Positions 20,815 to 30,467 of a DNA stretch of 64,000 bases are shown one piece after another. Under the pieces are notes generated by a model. That model was not told where the DNA came from. It made no database searches and was given only the letters and a program-made list of their open reading frames with translations. The stretch lies in NCBI GenBank assembly GCA_963662595.1, contig OY759748.1, positions 2,835,186 through 2,899,185 on the forward strand, in the 5' to 3' direction. Each line of letters opens with the position of its first letter. The stretch's first letter is position 1. A program made the translations under genes and the position numbers. The stretch is from an uncultured Desulfobacter sp. (GTDB taxonomy: Bacteria > Desulfobacterota > Desulfobacteria > Desulfobacterales > Desulfobacteraceae).

Positions 20815-21447
20815 TCACGATTGCTTTTTGCGGGATGAAAAATAGATGGCTACGCCCATCAGGCCGAATATGTATCCGATCCCCCCGATAATGTCATTCA
20901 TGGACGGGCCTTTTTGCTCCAAATCGGCCACCATCTTTGTCAGTGGCGTGATTTTTGTATTGAGCGCCTTGGTCACAGCCTTTTCCACGATGGCTTCCAA
21001 CTGGGCCGAATCTATTGTTGCCGGCATCTGTGCCACCTGGCCTGAATCGGGCGTTGTCTCTGATTCAGGTGTTTTTAGCGCTTCTTTCGGGATATTTTTG
21101 TCTGCACTGACCTCTCCCAACTCTTTAAGGGGAATGGTCCATTCGGCCTTGTGTCCCATGCCGGCAATGAGTTCAATGCGCATGGCGGTTTTTTCAGCAG
21201 GAACCGGGAATGAAAAGTCCCCTTTTTCGTTGGTCCGCGTTCGCAAAAGTTCTTTACCGTTCATGTCCCGGACAATGATTTCAGCGTTCTGGGCTTTTTT
21301 ACCTCCGCTGAATTTACTTTCCCCTAAAACAGTGTCTCCTTCCAACCAGGCAAACACCGTGACCTTATGGGCCAGGACATTGCCGCTTGAAAGAATTAAA
21401 AAGAGCATCAGGCAGGACAGTTTTATAAAATATTTAGGATACTTCAT
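20815..21447 (-). CDS. NikL/CbiL-like accessory component
   Basis: Signal peptide cleaving to an N-terminal His (A-HKV); AGMGH; C-terminal TM IGGIGYIFGL. Confidence 0.75.
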   Translation of the reverse strand: MKYPKYFIKLSCLMLFLILSSGNVLAHKVTVFAWLEGDTVLGESKFSGGKKAQNAEIIVRDMNGKELLRTRTNEKGDFSFPVPAEKTAMRIELIAGMGHKAEWTIPLKELGEVSADKNIPKEALKTPESETTPDSGQVAQMPATIDSAQLEAIVEKAVTKALNTKITPLTKMVADLEQKGPSMNDIIGGIGYIFGLMGVAIYFSSRKKQS

Positions 21448-21480
21448 TATTACTCACCATAAGAATATTGATCAAGGACC

Positions 21481-22140
21481 TTATACCTGCTTTTCCACCA
21501 TTTGGGTTCTGCTGTCCATTTGTGCCTGCTGTTGCGCTTCAGCCCATTTGGGCAGAAGTTCCGGCTGCACCTTTTTAAGAAAACCGACACAGAACAGCGC
21601 CACAAGGCCTTCGATGAACATGACCGGAAGATGGGCGACAACAACGGCCCAGGCCACCTCTAAAAAACTTTCCTGGGTAAACATCAAGGCTGTGCCCACC
21701 AGTAGGCCGCTGAAAAAAACGCTTAAAAATCCACAGGCAAAGGAGGCGGCATAGGATATGGCGCCCGGTTTGTGGACAAATCCTGCAAACAGGTAATAAC
21801 AGACCACCGCAGGTGTGGCCATGATCACCGTGTTCACCCCCAGGGTGGTGATGCCGCCGAATTGGAAGAGCACCCCCTGGAGCAGCAGCGCAATCAAAAT
21901 AGAAGGGAAGGCGACCCAGCCGAGCATCAGGCCAAGAATTCCGTTGAGAATCAGATGAACACTGGAAGGCCCAATGGGCACATGAATCAGGGACGCCACA
22001 AAAAAAGCAGCCGACAAAATAGCGGCCTGGGGAATTTTATCTTCTTTTAGTTTTTTTAGGCCCACAGCCGTGCCGGCTGCGGCCAAAACCATCCCGGCTC
22101 CCAGAACCGGTGCTGAAAGGACACCTTCAGAAATATGCAT
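21481..22140 (-). CDS. cbiM: Ni/Co ECF S component CbiM/NikM
   Basis: N-terminal MHISEG; SSVHL; GGITTLGVN. Confidence 0.93.
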   Translation of the reverse strand: MHISEGVLSAPVLGAGMVLAAAGTAVGLKKLKEDKIPQAAILSAAFFVASLIHVPIGPSSVHLILNGILGLMLGWVAFPSILIALLLQGVLFQFGGITTLGVNTVIMATPAVVCYYLFAGFVHKPGAISYAASFACGFLSVFFSGLLVGTALMFTQESFLEVAWAVVVAHLPVMFIEGLVALFCVGFLKKVQPELLPKWAEAQQQAQMDSRTQMVEKQV

Positions 22141-22149
22141 AATACCTTC

Positions 22150-22929
22150 TTATTTTGTTTTCCAGTCTTCGAATTTTACCCAGATTACGGCACCTAATTC
22201 AACACCTTTATCCTGGCCATCCGCTTTCAGGGTAAAATCAGCCTCATTGAGCGCTGCAAATCCCCACCATCCGGCTTTGGGTGCTGCATAGGTGAAAACG
22301 CCGTTGCCATCGGCCTTGATGGTCTGGGTCACCATATAATCGGTGGGGGCTTCGGATTTACCGTCTTGGTTGTAGTATTCCACCTCAACTTCTGCAAAAG
22401 GGACAACTTTGCCGTCCAGTTTTACAATCCCCTGGAATACATTGCCTGCATACTGGGCAAAGGGTTTGGACAAGGGAACGATTTCTGTTTTCAGCCCGAT
22501 TTCCTGGTCCCAGCCTTCGTCATCACCGAAGGCGGTCACTACGGTTTTGGTGTAATGGATGATAAAGCAGTCTTCGGCAGGTTCCCAATAGGGTTTGGGT
22601 TCCATATAGAACATATATACGCCGGGGCGTTTGATTTGGTAATCTGTTTTCCAGGCTGTGTGGTCCATGACCGTTGTCTGGGTCAACGTGCCTAAAAGAT
22701 CCTGTGTCTCACCGTTTGCACGCACGGCAAATACCTTGGGGGTAACAAGTTCCATTCCTACCCCTTCAAAAGGATGGGAAAATGAGGCTGTGATATGAAC
22801 GGTGCGGTCGTCATCGGGCATGACCATATTGTCCGAAGGGATAACCATGCCGTAGTGAGCCTGGGCACTTACGGCAGTAAAGATAAGACCAAGAAACATG
22901 AGGCCTGATGTGATCAGTGATTTTTTCAT
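22150..22929 (-). CDS. DUF4198/NikK-like periplasmic component
   Basis: Signal peptide A-HYGM; SHPFEG; [17 protein letters not shown] before ATG 22929. Confidence 0.85.
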   Translation of the reverse strand: MKKSLITSGLMFLGLIFTAVSAQAHYGMVIPSDNMVMPDDDRTVHITASFSHPFEGVGMELVTPKVFAVRANGETQDLLGTLTQTTVMDHTAWKTDYQIKRPGVYMFYMEPKPYWEPAEDCFIIHYTKTVVTAFGDDEGWDQEIGLKTEIVPLSKPFAQYAGNVFQGIVKLDGKVVPFAEVEVEYYNQDGKSEAPTDYMVTQTIKADGNGVFTYAAPKAGWWGFAALNEADFTLKADGQDKGVELGAVIWVKFEDWKTK

Positions 22930-23201
22930 CGTTTTTTTCTCCTGTGAATCCTTTAAAATATAAAAAATACGCAAAACTGCGTTACCGGTATACATCTCAA
23001 CCTTCTTGGCCGGGTTCGAAAAAAACAATAAATTTATTTTAAACCACAGACTTCATGTCTGCATTAAGGAATTATTTTTATCTCAAAAAGAGGGTGGAAT
23101 CAATGGATAATGTTTTTAAAGGGGACGTTGTGAACAGCAATCAGGATTCAATTTCAAACTATTGGACCGAATCGGCAGTAAAATATCAATGCATTGGGCG
23201 G

Positions 23202-23846
23202 CTAATTGTATTCATAGGTATATGGCGTTGTCTCATGGCTGATACTCCACAGGGTCTCCAGGGAGCCGGAAGCCGCTTTGATGCCGGCGTATTCGGCGGC
23301 CAGGGCAAGAAGATCCGTATCAGAGGTGTCATCATTCATGTAATCCACCAGGCTGGTGCTGCTCACTTTTTCCTGGAGGTAATCGGCAAAATCCAACACT
23401 TCGTTGCTTGCCGTTAACGCGGTAAATGCCTTGCTAAATTCGCTGCTTGAGTTTAACAGCGCTTCAAGTTCGTCGCTGCCTGCAAACGTGTTTTCCACTT
23501 CAATCTCATTGTCGCTGTTCAAAGATAATGACACCTGTTGGTCGGCATCAATGCCCAAGCTTTCCATGGCCGAGGCCAAAAAGGTGGAGACGGCTTCTTC
23601 CTGATCGGCTGCAGTGGTTTTAAAATCAGACATGGTCAGAGCGCCTGTTGCCGGAAGGCCTAAGGACTCCCGGTTGGCTGCGGCCAGCGCCTCTTCGGAG
23701 AGGGTCACACTATCCGAACTGCTGAGAACGCCGGCAGTTGAATCATCCTCATTGGTGCCGGTGGAAGATGTGCTCGGCAAAAGGCTGGACAGGCTGGTCC
23801 CGGCATAGGCATTGAGAGCTGAATAATCACTGGATATGATAGTCAT
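23202..23846 (-). CDS. Hypothetical Ser/Thr/acidic protein without signal peptide
   Basis: 214-aa ORF with AAAGGA RBS; DSVTLSEEA motif; sigma54 promoter upstream. Confidence 0.8.
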   Translation of the reverse strand: MTIISSDYSALNAYAGTSLSSLLPSTSSTGTNEDDSTAGVLSSSDSVTLSEEALAAANRESLGLPATGALTMSDFKTTAADQEEAVSTFLASAMESLGIDADQQVSLSLNSDNEIEVENTFAGSDELEALLNSSSEFSKAFTALTASNEVLDFADYLQEKVSSTSLVDYMNDDTSDTDLLALAAEYAGIKAASGSLETLWSISHETTPYTYEYN

Positions 23847-23902
23847 TATGTTTTCCTTTCGTTCATAGGGTCACGGTGTCCTGTATCGTTATGTTTTGAT
23901 AC

Positions 23903-23918
23903 AGCAATTCCTGTGCCT
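23903..23918 (-). promoter_or_regulatory. Sigma54 (-24/-12) promoter
   Basis: AGGCAC-AGGAA-TTGCT on the minus strand with exact GG-N10-GC spacing. Confidence 0.75.
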
Positions 23919-24034
23919 TAAGAAAAGAAAACGATAATGGCGCTTTTATCTCGGCTTTTTGCCTGATCATGATGTTTTAAGCCGTCTTTTGAACAGCAAT
24001 AATTGCCTGGTTTACCGGCAATTATTACCGTTTG

Positions 24035-24280
24035 TTATAGAAACAATTCCCCTTCGCGGCGAAACACCCGGTTAATTCCATTTTTGGAAAAGACAAACTG
24101 CAGCAGTTGGTTGCGTCTATCCCTGAAACTGGCTACGCAGGAGAGAAGGCAATAGGTCCACATGCGGAAAAAACGCATGTCGTATTGGTCTTTGATGGAA
24201 TTCCAGTTCCGGGTGAAGTTTTCATACCAGGCCATGAGGGTTCTGTCATGATACCGGCCCAGACTATGCAGGTCTTCGAG
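24035..24280 (-). pseudogene. cfa: C-terminal remnant of cyclopropane-fatty-acyl-phospholipid synthase
   Basis: LEDLHSLGRYHDRTLMAWYENF...RFFRMWTYCLLSC...QLLQFVFSK matches the Cfa C-terminus; N-terminal portion absent. Confidence 0.8.
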
Positions 24281-24319
24281 ACTAAGCAACCACCGGCTTG
24301 TAGCCGGTGGTTGCTTAGT
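24281..24319. repeat. Perfect 18-bp inverted repeat, IS200/IS605- or REP-like hairpin
   Basis: ACTAAGCAACCACCGGCT-TGT-AGCCGGTGGTTGCTTAGT, exactly at the cfa truncation point. Confidence 0.75.
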
Positions 24320-24390
24320 TCGTTGGGATTTCAAGCGGTTTGATGTTTTGAAAGAAAAAGACTAATTGGGTGTCCCGAACGAATGCCGTT

Positions 24391-24431
24391 AAAAAAGCAG
24401 GCGGCAGTTTTTTTTCAAACCCGCCGCCTGC
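24391..24431 (-). terminator. Intrinsic terminator of the acyl-CoA synthetase gene
   Basis: GCAGGCGGC/GCCGCCTGC stem plus T6 on the minus strand. Confidence 0.75.
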
Positions 24432-24458
24432 AAGACTTTATGTTTTACAACGTAAAGA

Positions 24459-26183
24459 TTATTTGTTTTTTGAGCTTAATTCAGGAAACTGGTGATAAAA
24501 GAATTCAGTTTCCTGGCCAGAGGTTTTAGTCTCCTCATTGGCCCGAAGCTCTATGCGCCGGATTTTACCGGAGATGGTTTTGGGCAGGACCTCCACAAAC
24601 TCTATGATTCTGGGGATCTTGAATTTGGCCAGTACGTCAATGGTGTGCTTGAACAGTTCCAGGGCCAGTTCTTTTGATGGTTTTTGGCCCGGCACCAGGA
24701 TCACAAATGCTTTTACCAATTGGTGGCGTTTGGGGTCCGGTACGCCCACCACGGCAGTCTCCATGACGGCGGGGTGTTCGATCAGGGCGCTTTCCACCTC
24801 AAATGGTCCCACCCGGTAATCACTGGTTTTGATGACATCGTCGGCACGGCCCACAAACCACCAGTATCCGTCTTTGTCAAAGGTGGCTTTGTCTCCGGTG
24901 AAATACATGCCGTGCTTAAATGCTTCGGATGTTTTTGCCTCGTTATCAATATATTCCTGAAACAGTCCAATGGCGCGCCAGTTGGAAAGACGAATTACGA
25001 TGTGGCCGGTGGTGTCCGGCTCCGTAATCTCTTTACCTTCGTCATCGGTTAAGATGACATCGTACATGAATGACGGATATCCAAAAGATCCCAGGCGCAT
25101 TTTACCTTCCATCCAGGGGGGATTGCCGATCATGGCCGTGCATTCGGTCTGGCCGTAAAAATCGCGGATTTCAGTGCCCGTGGCATCCTGCCATTGGTCA
25201 ATAACTTCCGGGTTCAACGGTTCTCCGGCACTCAGCGAATACTTCAGGTTTGAAAAATCGTAAGCTGTCAGGTCAAGACCCACAAAGGCGCGCCAGGCCG
25301 TGGGCGGAGCGCAGAACGAGTTGACCTTGAACTTGGCCACAAAGCTTAAATATTTTTTAATATCCAGGGTGGTAAAGTTAAAGCCTGTGGCGGTGCCGCC
25401 GACGTTAAAGGGGCAAAAAAAGCTGCTCCATGCCCATTTGGCCCATCCGGGTGCGCTCAGGTTGTGATGGATGCCGCCTGGCTCAAGGCCAAGGATCACG
25501 GCGGTGGACATATGGCCAAGAGGATAGGAGATGGCCGAGTGGCCCACCCGCTTGGGGAGCCCTGTGGTGCCGGAGGTAAAAAAGCAGAACAGGACGTCCT
25601 CACTGTTAATGGTTGCAGGGGATGCCTGGGCGGACTCGTTTGCAATCTCGGGATAGGATGTCCAGCCTTGTTTTGCGCCAAGGATAATTTTGGCCTTTGG
25701 CGTACAGCCGGCCTTGGCCAGGGCATCGTCTACCAGTTCAGCCAGACTCTCATGGGCCATAATGACATCGGGTGGGTACGCTTCAAAACGGAACTGGATT
25801 TCGCGTTCGGTCATGGTGGTGGCTGTGGGAACCGCGACAAGACCGCCTTTGATGGCAGCAAAGGAGGCAAACCAGGTTTCCGGGACAATGGGGGTCAGCA
25901 TATATAGGTTGTCGCCTTTTTCGACATCCTTTTTGCGCAGGTAGTTTAACACCTTGTTGCCGTTTTCTGCCAGCTGGGTATAGGTATACTGCTGTTCCTC
26001 GTCTGTATGCAGGTCGGCCCAGATAAGTGCCAACTGATCCGGGCGTTCTTTGACGTGTATATCTTCGAAGACTTCCTGGGCCCAGTTAAAGGTTCGGGGC
26101 AACTCGGCTGAATTCAGTTTTTCAAAAAACGTTTTTGCCTGGATTTCGCGTTGGGGCATATCCTGGATTTTATTGAGTGCCAT
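24459..26183 (-). CDS. AMP-forming short/medium-chain acyl-CoA synthetase
   Basis: FTSGTTGLPK, SAGEPLN, YGQTE, GRADDVIK, LPKTISGKI. GAGGTG RBS before ATG 26183. Confidence 0.93.
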   Translation of the reverse strand: MALNKIQDMPQREIQAKTFFEKLNSAELPRTFNWAQEVFEDIHVKERPDQLALIWADLHTDEEQQYTYTQLAENGNKVLNYLRKKDVEKGDNLYMLTPIVPETWFASFAAIKGGLVAVPTATTMTEREIQFRFEAYPPDVIMAHESLAELVDDALAKAGCTPKAKIILGAKQGWTSYPEIANESAQASPATINSEDVLFCFFTSGTTGLPKRVGHSAISYPLGHMSTAVILGLEPGGIHHNLSAPGWAKWAWSSFFCPFNVGGTATGFNFTTLDIKKYLSFVAKFKVNSFCAPPTAWRAFVGLDLTAYDFSNLKYSLSAGEPLNPEVIDQWQDATGTEIRDFYGQTECTAMIGNPPWMEGKMRLGSFGYPSFMYDVILTDDEGKEITEPDTTGHIVIRLSNWRAIGLFQEYIDNEAKTSEAFKHGMYFTGDKATFDKDGYWWFVGRADDVIKTSDYRVGPFEVESALIEHPAVMETAVVGVPDPKRHQLVKAFVILVPGQKPSKELALELFKHTIDVLAKFKIPRIIEFVEVLPKTISGKIRRIELRANEETKTSGQETEFFYHQFPELSSKNK

Positions 26184-26627
26184 CACCTCTTTATAAAAGT
26201 TTTGCAACGTCATTGGGTTCCTCCCGGTTAAAGTTTATTCCACATCCTGATGTTAAGTTCCGCTTCTGCCTTGCCCTTAAGACAAAAAATCTCAAGAACG
26301 GTCTGTAATTTAGAAAACTGTCATTTATACCAGGCCGGCAATTTTCTACCAATCGGCCAAAGGCTTAATTTTTATGTCGGCATATCGTGTAAAGTAATAT
26401 AGTTTAATTTATTCGTTATGTGTAGGGTATAGGCTTACATGGTATATGGAAGTTTACTATACAGATTTTTGAAAAATGAGAAAATAAGGGATTCCCTGAT
26501 ACACAACGTGAAAAAATAGTGATAAGGACTTGGGGATTTCATGGGTTTTAAAATTTGTTGGCATTATAGGCACTGCATTGGTTGAGTGTATAGACCTTAT
26601 TTTACTATTATTCAGGAGGGTTTTTTA

Positions 26628-27107
26628 ATGAAAAAAACAATTTTTGTACTTTCTTTTTCGTTTTTTATTTTTTGGTATGGGACAGCGCTATCTTACGATC
26701 GTCATTACACGGCAACGGGAGACGTGGAAACGACCAGCTTATCAGAATTAATTCAACTGGGGACTATTAATCTGCAGTTGTATGATGGAGAAGAGAAGGT
26801 ATTTGATGAAACCGGGAGCCTGATTGGGATCATTACCGGGTCATCGGAGAATGAAGTTTATTTGATGCACATGGCCATCTTTGAAGATGGGAGTCTGTTT
26901 ATAACTGATGGGGATATAGCATTCTGCACAGGCGTTGATGGCGATAATACCTGTTCTCTCCTGACCACTGAATTGATAACGCAAATTGTAATTGGCAGGG
27001 GTTTCTTTAAGAAAATTAGCGAAGCTAACATTATGGCCGAGGGCACCGTGGATTATTGCGATAACCAAAATGGATTCCAGCTGTCTGGTGACCTATGGTT
27101 TAAGTGA
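26628..27107 (+). CDS. Hypothetical secreted protein (AT-rich)
   Basis: AGGAGG RBS; MKKTIFVLS signal peptide; no recognisable family. Confidence 0.75.
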   Translation: MKKTIFVLSFSFFIFWYGTALSYDRHYTATGDVETTSLSELIQLGTINLQLYDGEEKVFDETGSLIGIITGSSENEVYLMHMAIFEDGSLFITDGDIAFCTGVDGDNTCSLLTTELITQIVIGRGFFKKISEANIMAEGTVDYCDNQNGFQLSGDLWFK

Positions 27108-27144
27108 GTTAAAAGTGCTATAGAATTGCAGGTAAATAAATTGT

Positions 27145-27178
27145 TTTCAAGGCCCGTAACGGTTTACAGGCCTTGAAA
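27145..27178. terminator. Probable bidirectional terminator between convergent genes
   Basis: TTTCAAGGCC...GGCCTTGAAA inverted repeat. Confidence 0.65.
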
Positions 27179-27189
27179 TTTAAATAAGA

Positions 27190-28479
27190 TCAGATCACTT
27201 TGTCAAGGGTCTCTTCGGCCAGAGTGAATACCTTGGGACTGAATCTCGATTTTAGGGATGAAAGCAGCATCTCTTGTGTCAGGATCACTTCCTTTTTAGC
27301 AAGGATGCCCAGGGATGCCAGAGCCCAGTCCTGCCTGCCGATTTTTAATGTTTTAAAATCAATCTCTTCCACCTGGGCGGCAGTGTCCGGGATGCTGACG
27401 CTTTTTTCCTTAAGCACAAAGGCGTCAGGGGTAAGATCGGCAAATATTTTTGCTTTGCGGGCAACCCCTTCGTCACTTAGTGCCAGGACCACGTCCGGTG
27501 AGTCCAGGCCGGTATATCCGATGGGATCAGGGTCAAGCAAAATTTCAGAAACGGACTGTCCGCGCAGCACTGTAATATTGTAGTCATTTTTGATGGAGGC
27601 GTTGAATCCTGCGGCAATACCCGCATAACATAGAATATCCCCGGCCGTGATAATGCGCATGCCCGCAGATCCTAAAATGAGAATTTCCCAGCGCCGGTTT
27701 TCCAGCGGTTCAAATTCTTTTTCAATGATCAAAGGTTCCGGGAACTTTGTTTTTTCTGCGGCCAGGGCACGGTAACGTTCGCCGTATTCCTGGCGTTTGT
27801 TCTCCGGTACAAGTCCTCCCGCTGGCGGGGCGGACAGGATCATTTCGTCAATGGTTTTGGGTGTCAGTTTATTGCGTTTTGTGTATCTGCCCGTGCAAAG
27901 TCCCAGGGTCTCCACCACGGAAAACCCTTTGTGCCGGATGGCCCGTTCAAGTTCTTCGGGAAGCTGGGCGTCCATGCCCGAGAACCGGGAGACATAGGTG
28001 GCCCCAGATGCCTTTGCCACCTTGCAGATATCAATGGGAATTTCGGCATGGTTGAGAAATTCTGAACCCACCATGGCGTCTTCGGGCGTGGTGGCCGAAT
28101 ACTGGCCTCCTGTCATGCCGAAGTTGAAGTTGTTCAAAATGATGAGGGCCATATCCAGATTTTTTCTGCAGGCGGACAGCACATGGGCACCGCCAATGCC
28201 AAGACCGCCGTCACCCATGGTGACAATGACGTTCAAAGAGGGATCTGCCATCTTCAGTCCCATGCCATAGGTCAATGCCCGGCCATGGACCCCGTGCAGG
28301 GCATGGACATTGAAGAAGGTGTCAAACAGGCCCGAGCATCCGATGTCCGTAACAATAACGATTTTATCCGGGTCAAGGTTCATGTTCACAAAGGTTTGAT
28401 TCAAACTTTTGGTGATCCGGTCATGGGTACAGCCCGGACAGAATACCGGCGGCCGGTTTTCATTCAGATAGCTATTCAT
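27190..28479 (-). CDS. 2-oxoacid:ferredoxin oxidoreductase, fused beta-gamma subunit
   Basis: FCPGC, DIGCS, HGR, TPP motif GDGG...NNFNFGMTGGQ, then a gamma-type domain (GSAGMRIITAG, LRG). Confidence 0.88.
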   Translation of the reverse strand: MNSYLNENRPPVFCPGCTHDRITKSLNQTFVNMNLDPDKIVIVTDIGCSGLFDTFFNVHALHGVHGRALTYGMGLKMADPSLNVIVTMGDGGLGIGGAHVLSACRKNLDMALIILNNFNFGMTGGQYSATTPEDAMVGSEFLNHAEIPIDICKVAKASGATYVSRFSGMDAQLPEELERAIRHKGFSVVETLGLCTGRYTKRNKLTPKTIDEMILSAPPAGGLVPENKRQEYGERYRALAAEKTKFPEPLIIEKEFEPLENRRWEILILGSAGMRIITAGDILCYAGIAAGFNASIKNDYNITVLRGQSVSEILLDPDPIGYTGLDSPDVVLALSDEGVARKAKIFADLTPDAFVLKEKSVSIPDTAAQVEEIDFKTLKIGRQDWALASLGILAKKEVILTQEMLLSSLKSRFSPKVFTLAEETLDKVI

Positions 28480-29587
28480 TGTCAATGGCCTCCATAATTT
28501 TTGCCGGGGAAATTAATATCCCATTCATTTGACCGTAAAAATCAATCGTTTTGCCGCAAAGCACCCTGCGGATTTCGTTGACATACTGTCCCAGGTTCAT
28601 CTCCACCACAAGGATGCGGGAAAATTGTTGGGCAGCGGAGATCAGAATTTGTTCGGGAACCGGCCAGATGGTTTTTAGGGAGAGGGTCGATACGGGCCGG
28701 CCTTTTTGGGCCATGGCCTTGGCCGCATCATCCACGGCCCGGCTGGTAATGCCGTAGGAGATCACCAGGGTGTCGGTGCCAGGTAAAATATTTTCTTCGT
28801 ACAAAGAAATTTCATCCCTGAACGCGTGAATTTTGTTTCTCAGACGCTGCTGGGCGGCTGCAATGGCGTCCGGATCAATGGTAATATAGCCGTCCGGGCC
28901 ATGGGTGGAGGAGGTCTGGCGCACCAGGGTTGAGCCGCCAATGGGAAGGAACGGGGGCGCTTTGTCCGGATCAGCGGCAAAGGGAAGGAAGTTTTGTCCT
29001 TCAAACCGGGTTCGCTCCACCTTTCTCGGCAGCACAAGGGTTTCCATGTCAAAGGTCTCCTTGGTCATGCCGATCTCTTTGTTGGATGCGATAAATACGG
29101 GGCACCGGAACCGTTCGGCATAGTTGAAGGCCGTGTAGGTCAGCGTATAGCACTCTTTGACATCCTTGGGGGCCAGTACAATGACCGGCACGCCGCCGGT
29201 ATTGCCCCAGCGCAGGAACTGGATATCGGCATCCGCTCCCCGGGTAGCAGACCCTGTTGACGGGCCTAAGCGCTGTACATCCACAATGACCAGGGGGATT
29301 TCACTGCCAACGGCAAAGGAGATGTTTTCCGAATAGAGGCTGATACCGGGGCCGGAGGTGGCTGTAAGCGCCTTTTTCCCGGCCATGGCAGCGCCGATGC
29401 AGTATCCCATGGACGCGATTTCATCTTCTCCCTGCATACATATGCCACCTTTGGGCGGCAGCATTTTAAGCATATTATTGAAGATTGTGGTGGCCGGGGT
29501 GATGGGGTAGCCCGCAAAAAAATTGCAGCCTGCCGCCATGGCGCCCCGGGCAACGGCCTCATTGCCTTCCATGAATGCTAATGCCAT
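28472..29587 (-). CDS. 2-oxoacid:ferredoxin oxidoreductase alpha subunit
   Basis: GNEA, AGYPITPAT, EDEIA, TATSGPG, VVEMNLGQ. Confidence 0.92.
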   Translation of the reverse strand: MALAFMEGNEAVARGAMAAGCNFFAGYPITPATTIFNNMLKMLPPKGGICMQGEDEIASMGYCIGAAMAGKKALTATSGPGISLYSENISFAVGSEIPLVIVDVQRLGPSTGSATRGADADIQFLRWGNTGGVPVIVLAPKDVKECYTLTYTAFNYAERFRCPVFIASNKEIGMTKETFDMETLVLPRKVERTRFEGQNFLPFAADPDKAPPFLPIGGSTLVRQTSSTHGPDGYITIDPDAIAAAQQRLRNKIHAFRDEISLYEENILPGTDTLVISYGITSRAVDDAAKAMAQKGRPVSTLSLKTIWPVPEQILISAAQQFSRILVVEMNLGQYVNEIRRVLCGKTIDFYGQMNGILISPAKIMEAIDNE

Positions 29588-29609
29588 TTTTTTTTTCCTT
29601 GTTTTTCAT

Positions 29610-29635
29610 ATCATATATTTGATTATATTTATGAT
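29610..29635. promoter_or_regulatory. Tandem imperfect palindromes, candidate GntR operator
   Basis: ATCATATATTTGAT and ATTATATTTATGAT, overlapping, between the divergent oxidoreductase and gntR genes. Confidence 0.5.
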
Positions 29636-29780
29636 CAAATTAATTGAAAATTAACGTGTAAGTGCCATATTTGTCAAGGAATTTACAAATAAATATATAT
29701 GAATTTAACCTTTGAAAAACAAAGGATATCCGGCTGAATTTCGTTGATTTTACCCGGGTGTTGGTATATTGAAGGGGATT

Positions 29781-30467
29781 ATGGGAACAAAAAGTAAAAC
29801 ATCCAAAGATGATTTCACGTTAGAAGCGTACAACGGCATCCGGCGTATGTTTTTTGCAAACGAAATCATCCCGGGCCAGAAGATATCTTACGGAGATCTG
29901 GCCAAGCGCCTGAACATGAGTACCACCCCGGTGATCCAGGCCCTCAAGCGCCTTGAAATCCAGGGTCTGGTCCGCCATGAACCCAACCGGGGATATTATA
30001 CGGAAAATATCAGCCTTTCAGAGGTCATCGAGATTTATGATTTCAGGCAGCTCATTGAGGTCTCTCTTTTGCCGGATACCATTTCAGGGATGACAAAAAC
30101 AAAACTAAAAAAATTGAAAAAAGCCCTGGACAATCATCTGGATGCGGTCCGGGATATTTTTTTGAAAGACCGGTTGCTCAAGGATATGGAATTTCACATG
30201 ACGCTGGCACAACTCTCCGGAAATCGGTTAAAGGTGGCCTGTCTAAAAGACCTGTTTGATCTGCTTTACCTGAAATACCGGGGTAACCTTCTTTTCGTCA
30301 CTCCCATGGAGCGGGTGGACGCCGAGCATGTCAGGCTGTATGATGATATTGCCGCGGGCAACCTGGAAGGGGCAAAAGATGTGCTGACCCGCCACATTGC
30401 CAATGTCAAGGAACACGCCGTTTCAAGCATCGAGCGGATGAAACATGAAAAACATGCAAAAATATAA
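29781..30467 (+). CDS. GntR/FadR family regulator (FCD domain)
   Basis: PGQKI, LAKRLNMSTTPVIQALKRL, DMEFH, EH, HI. Confidence 0.92.
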   Translation: MGTKSKTSKDDFTLEAYNGIRRMFFANEIIPGQKISYGDLAKRLNMSTTPVIQALKRLEIQGLVRHEPNRGYYTENISLSEVIEIYDFRQLIEVSLLPDTISGMTKTKLKKLKKALDNHLDAVRDIFLKDRLLKDMEFHMTLAQLSGNRLKVACLKDLFDLLYLKYRGNLLFVTPMERVDAEHVRLYDDIAAGNLEGAKDVLTRHIANVKEHAVSSIERMKHEKHAKI

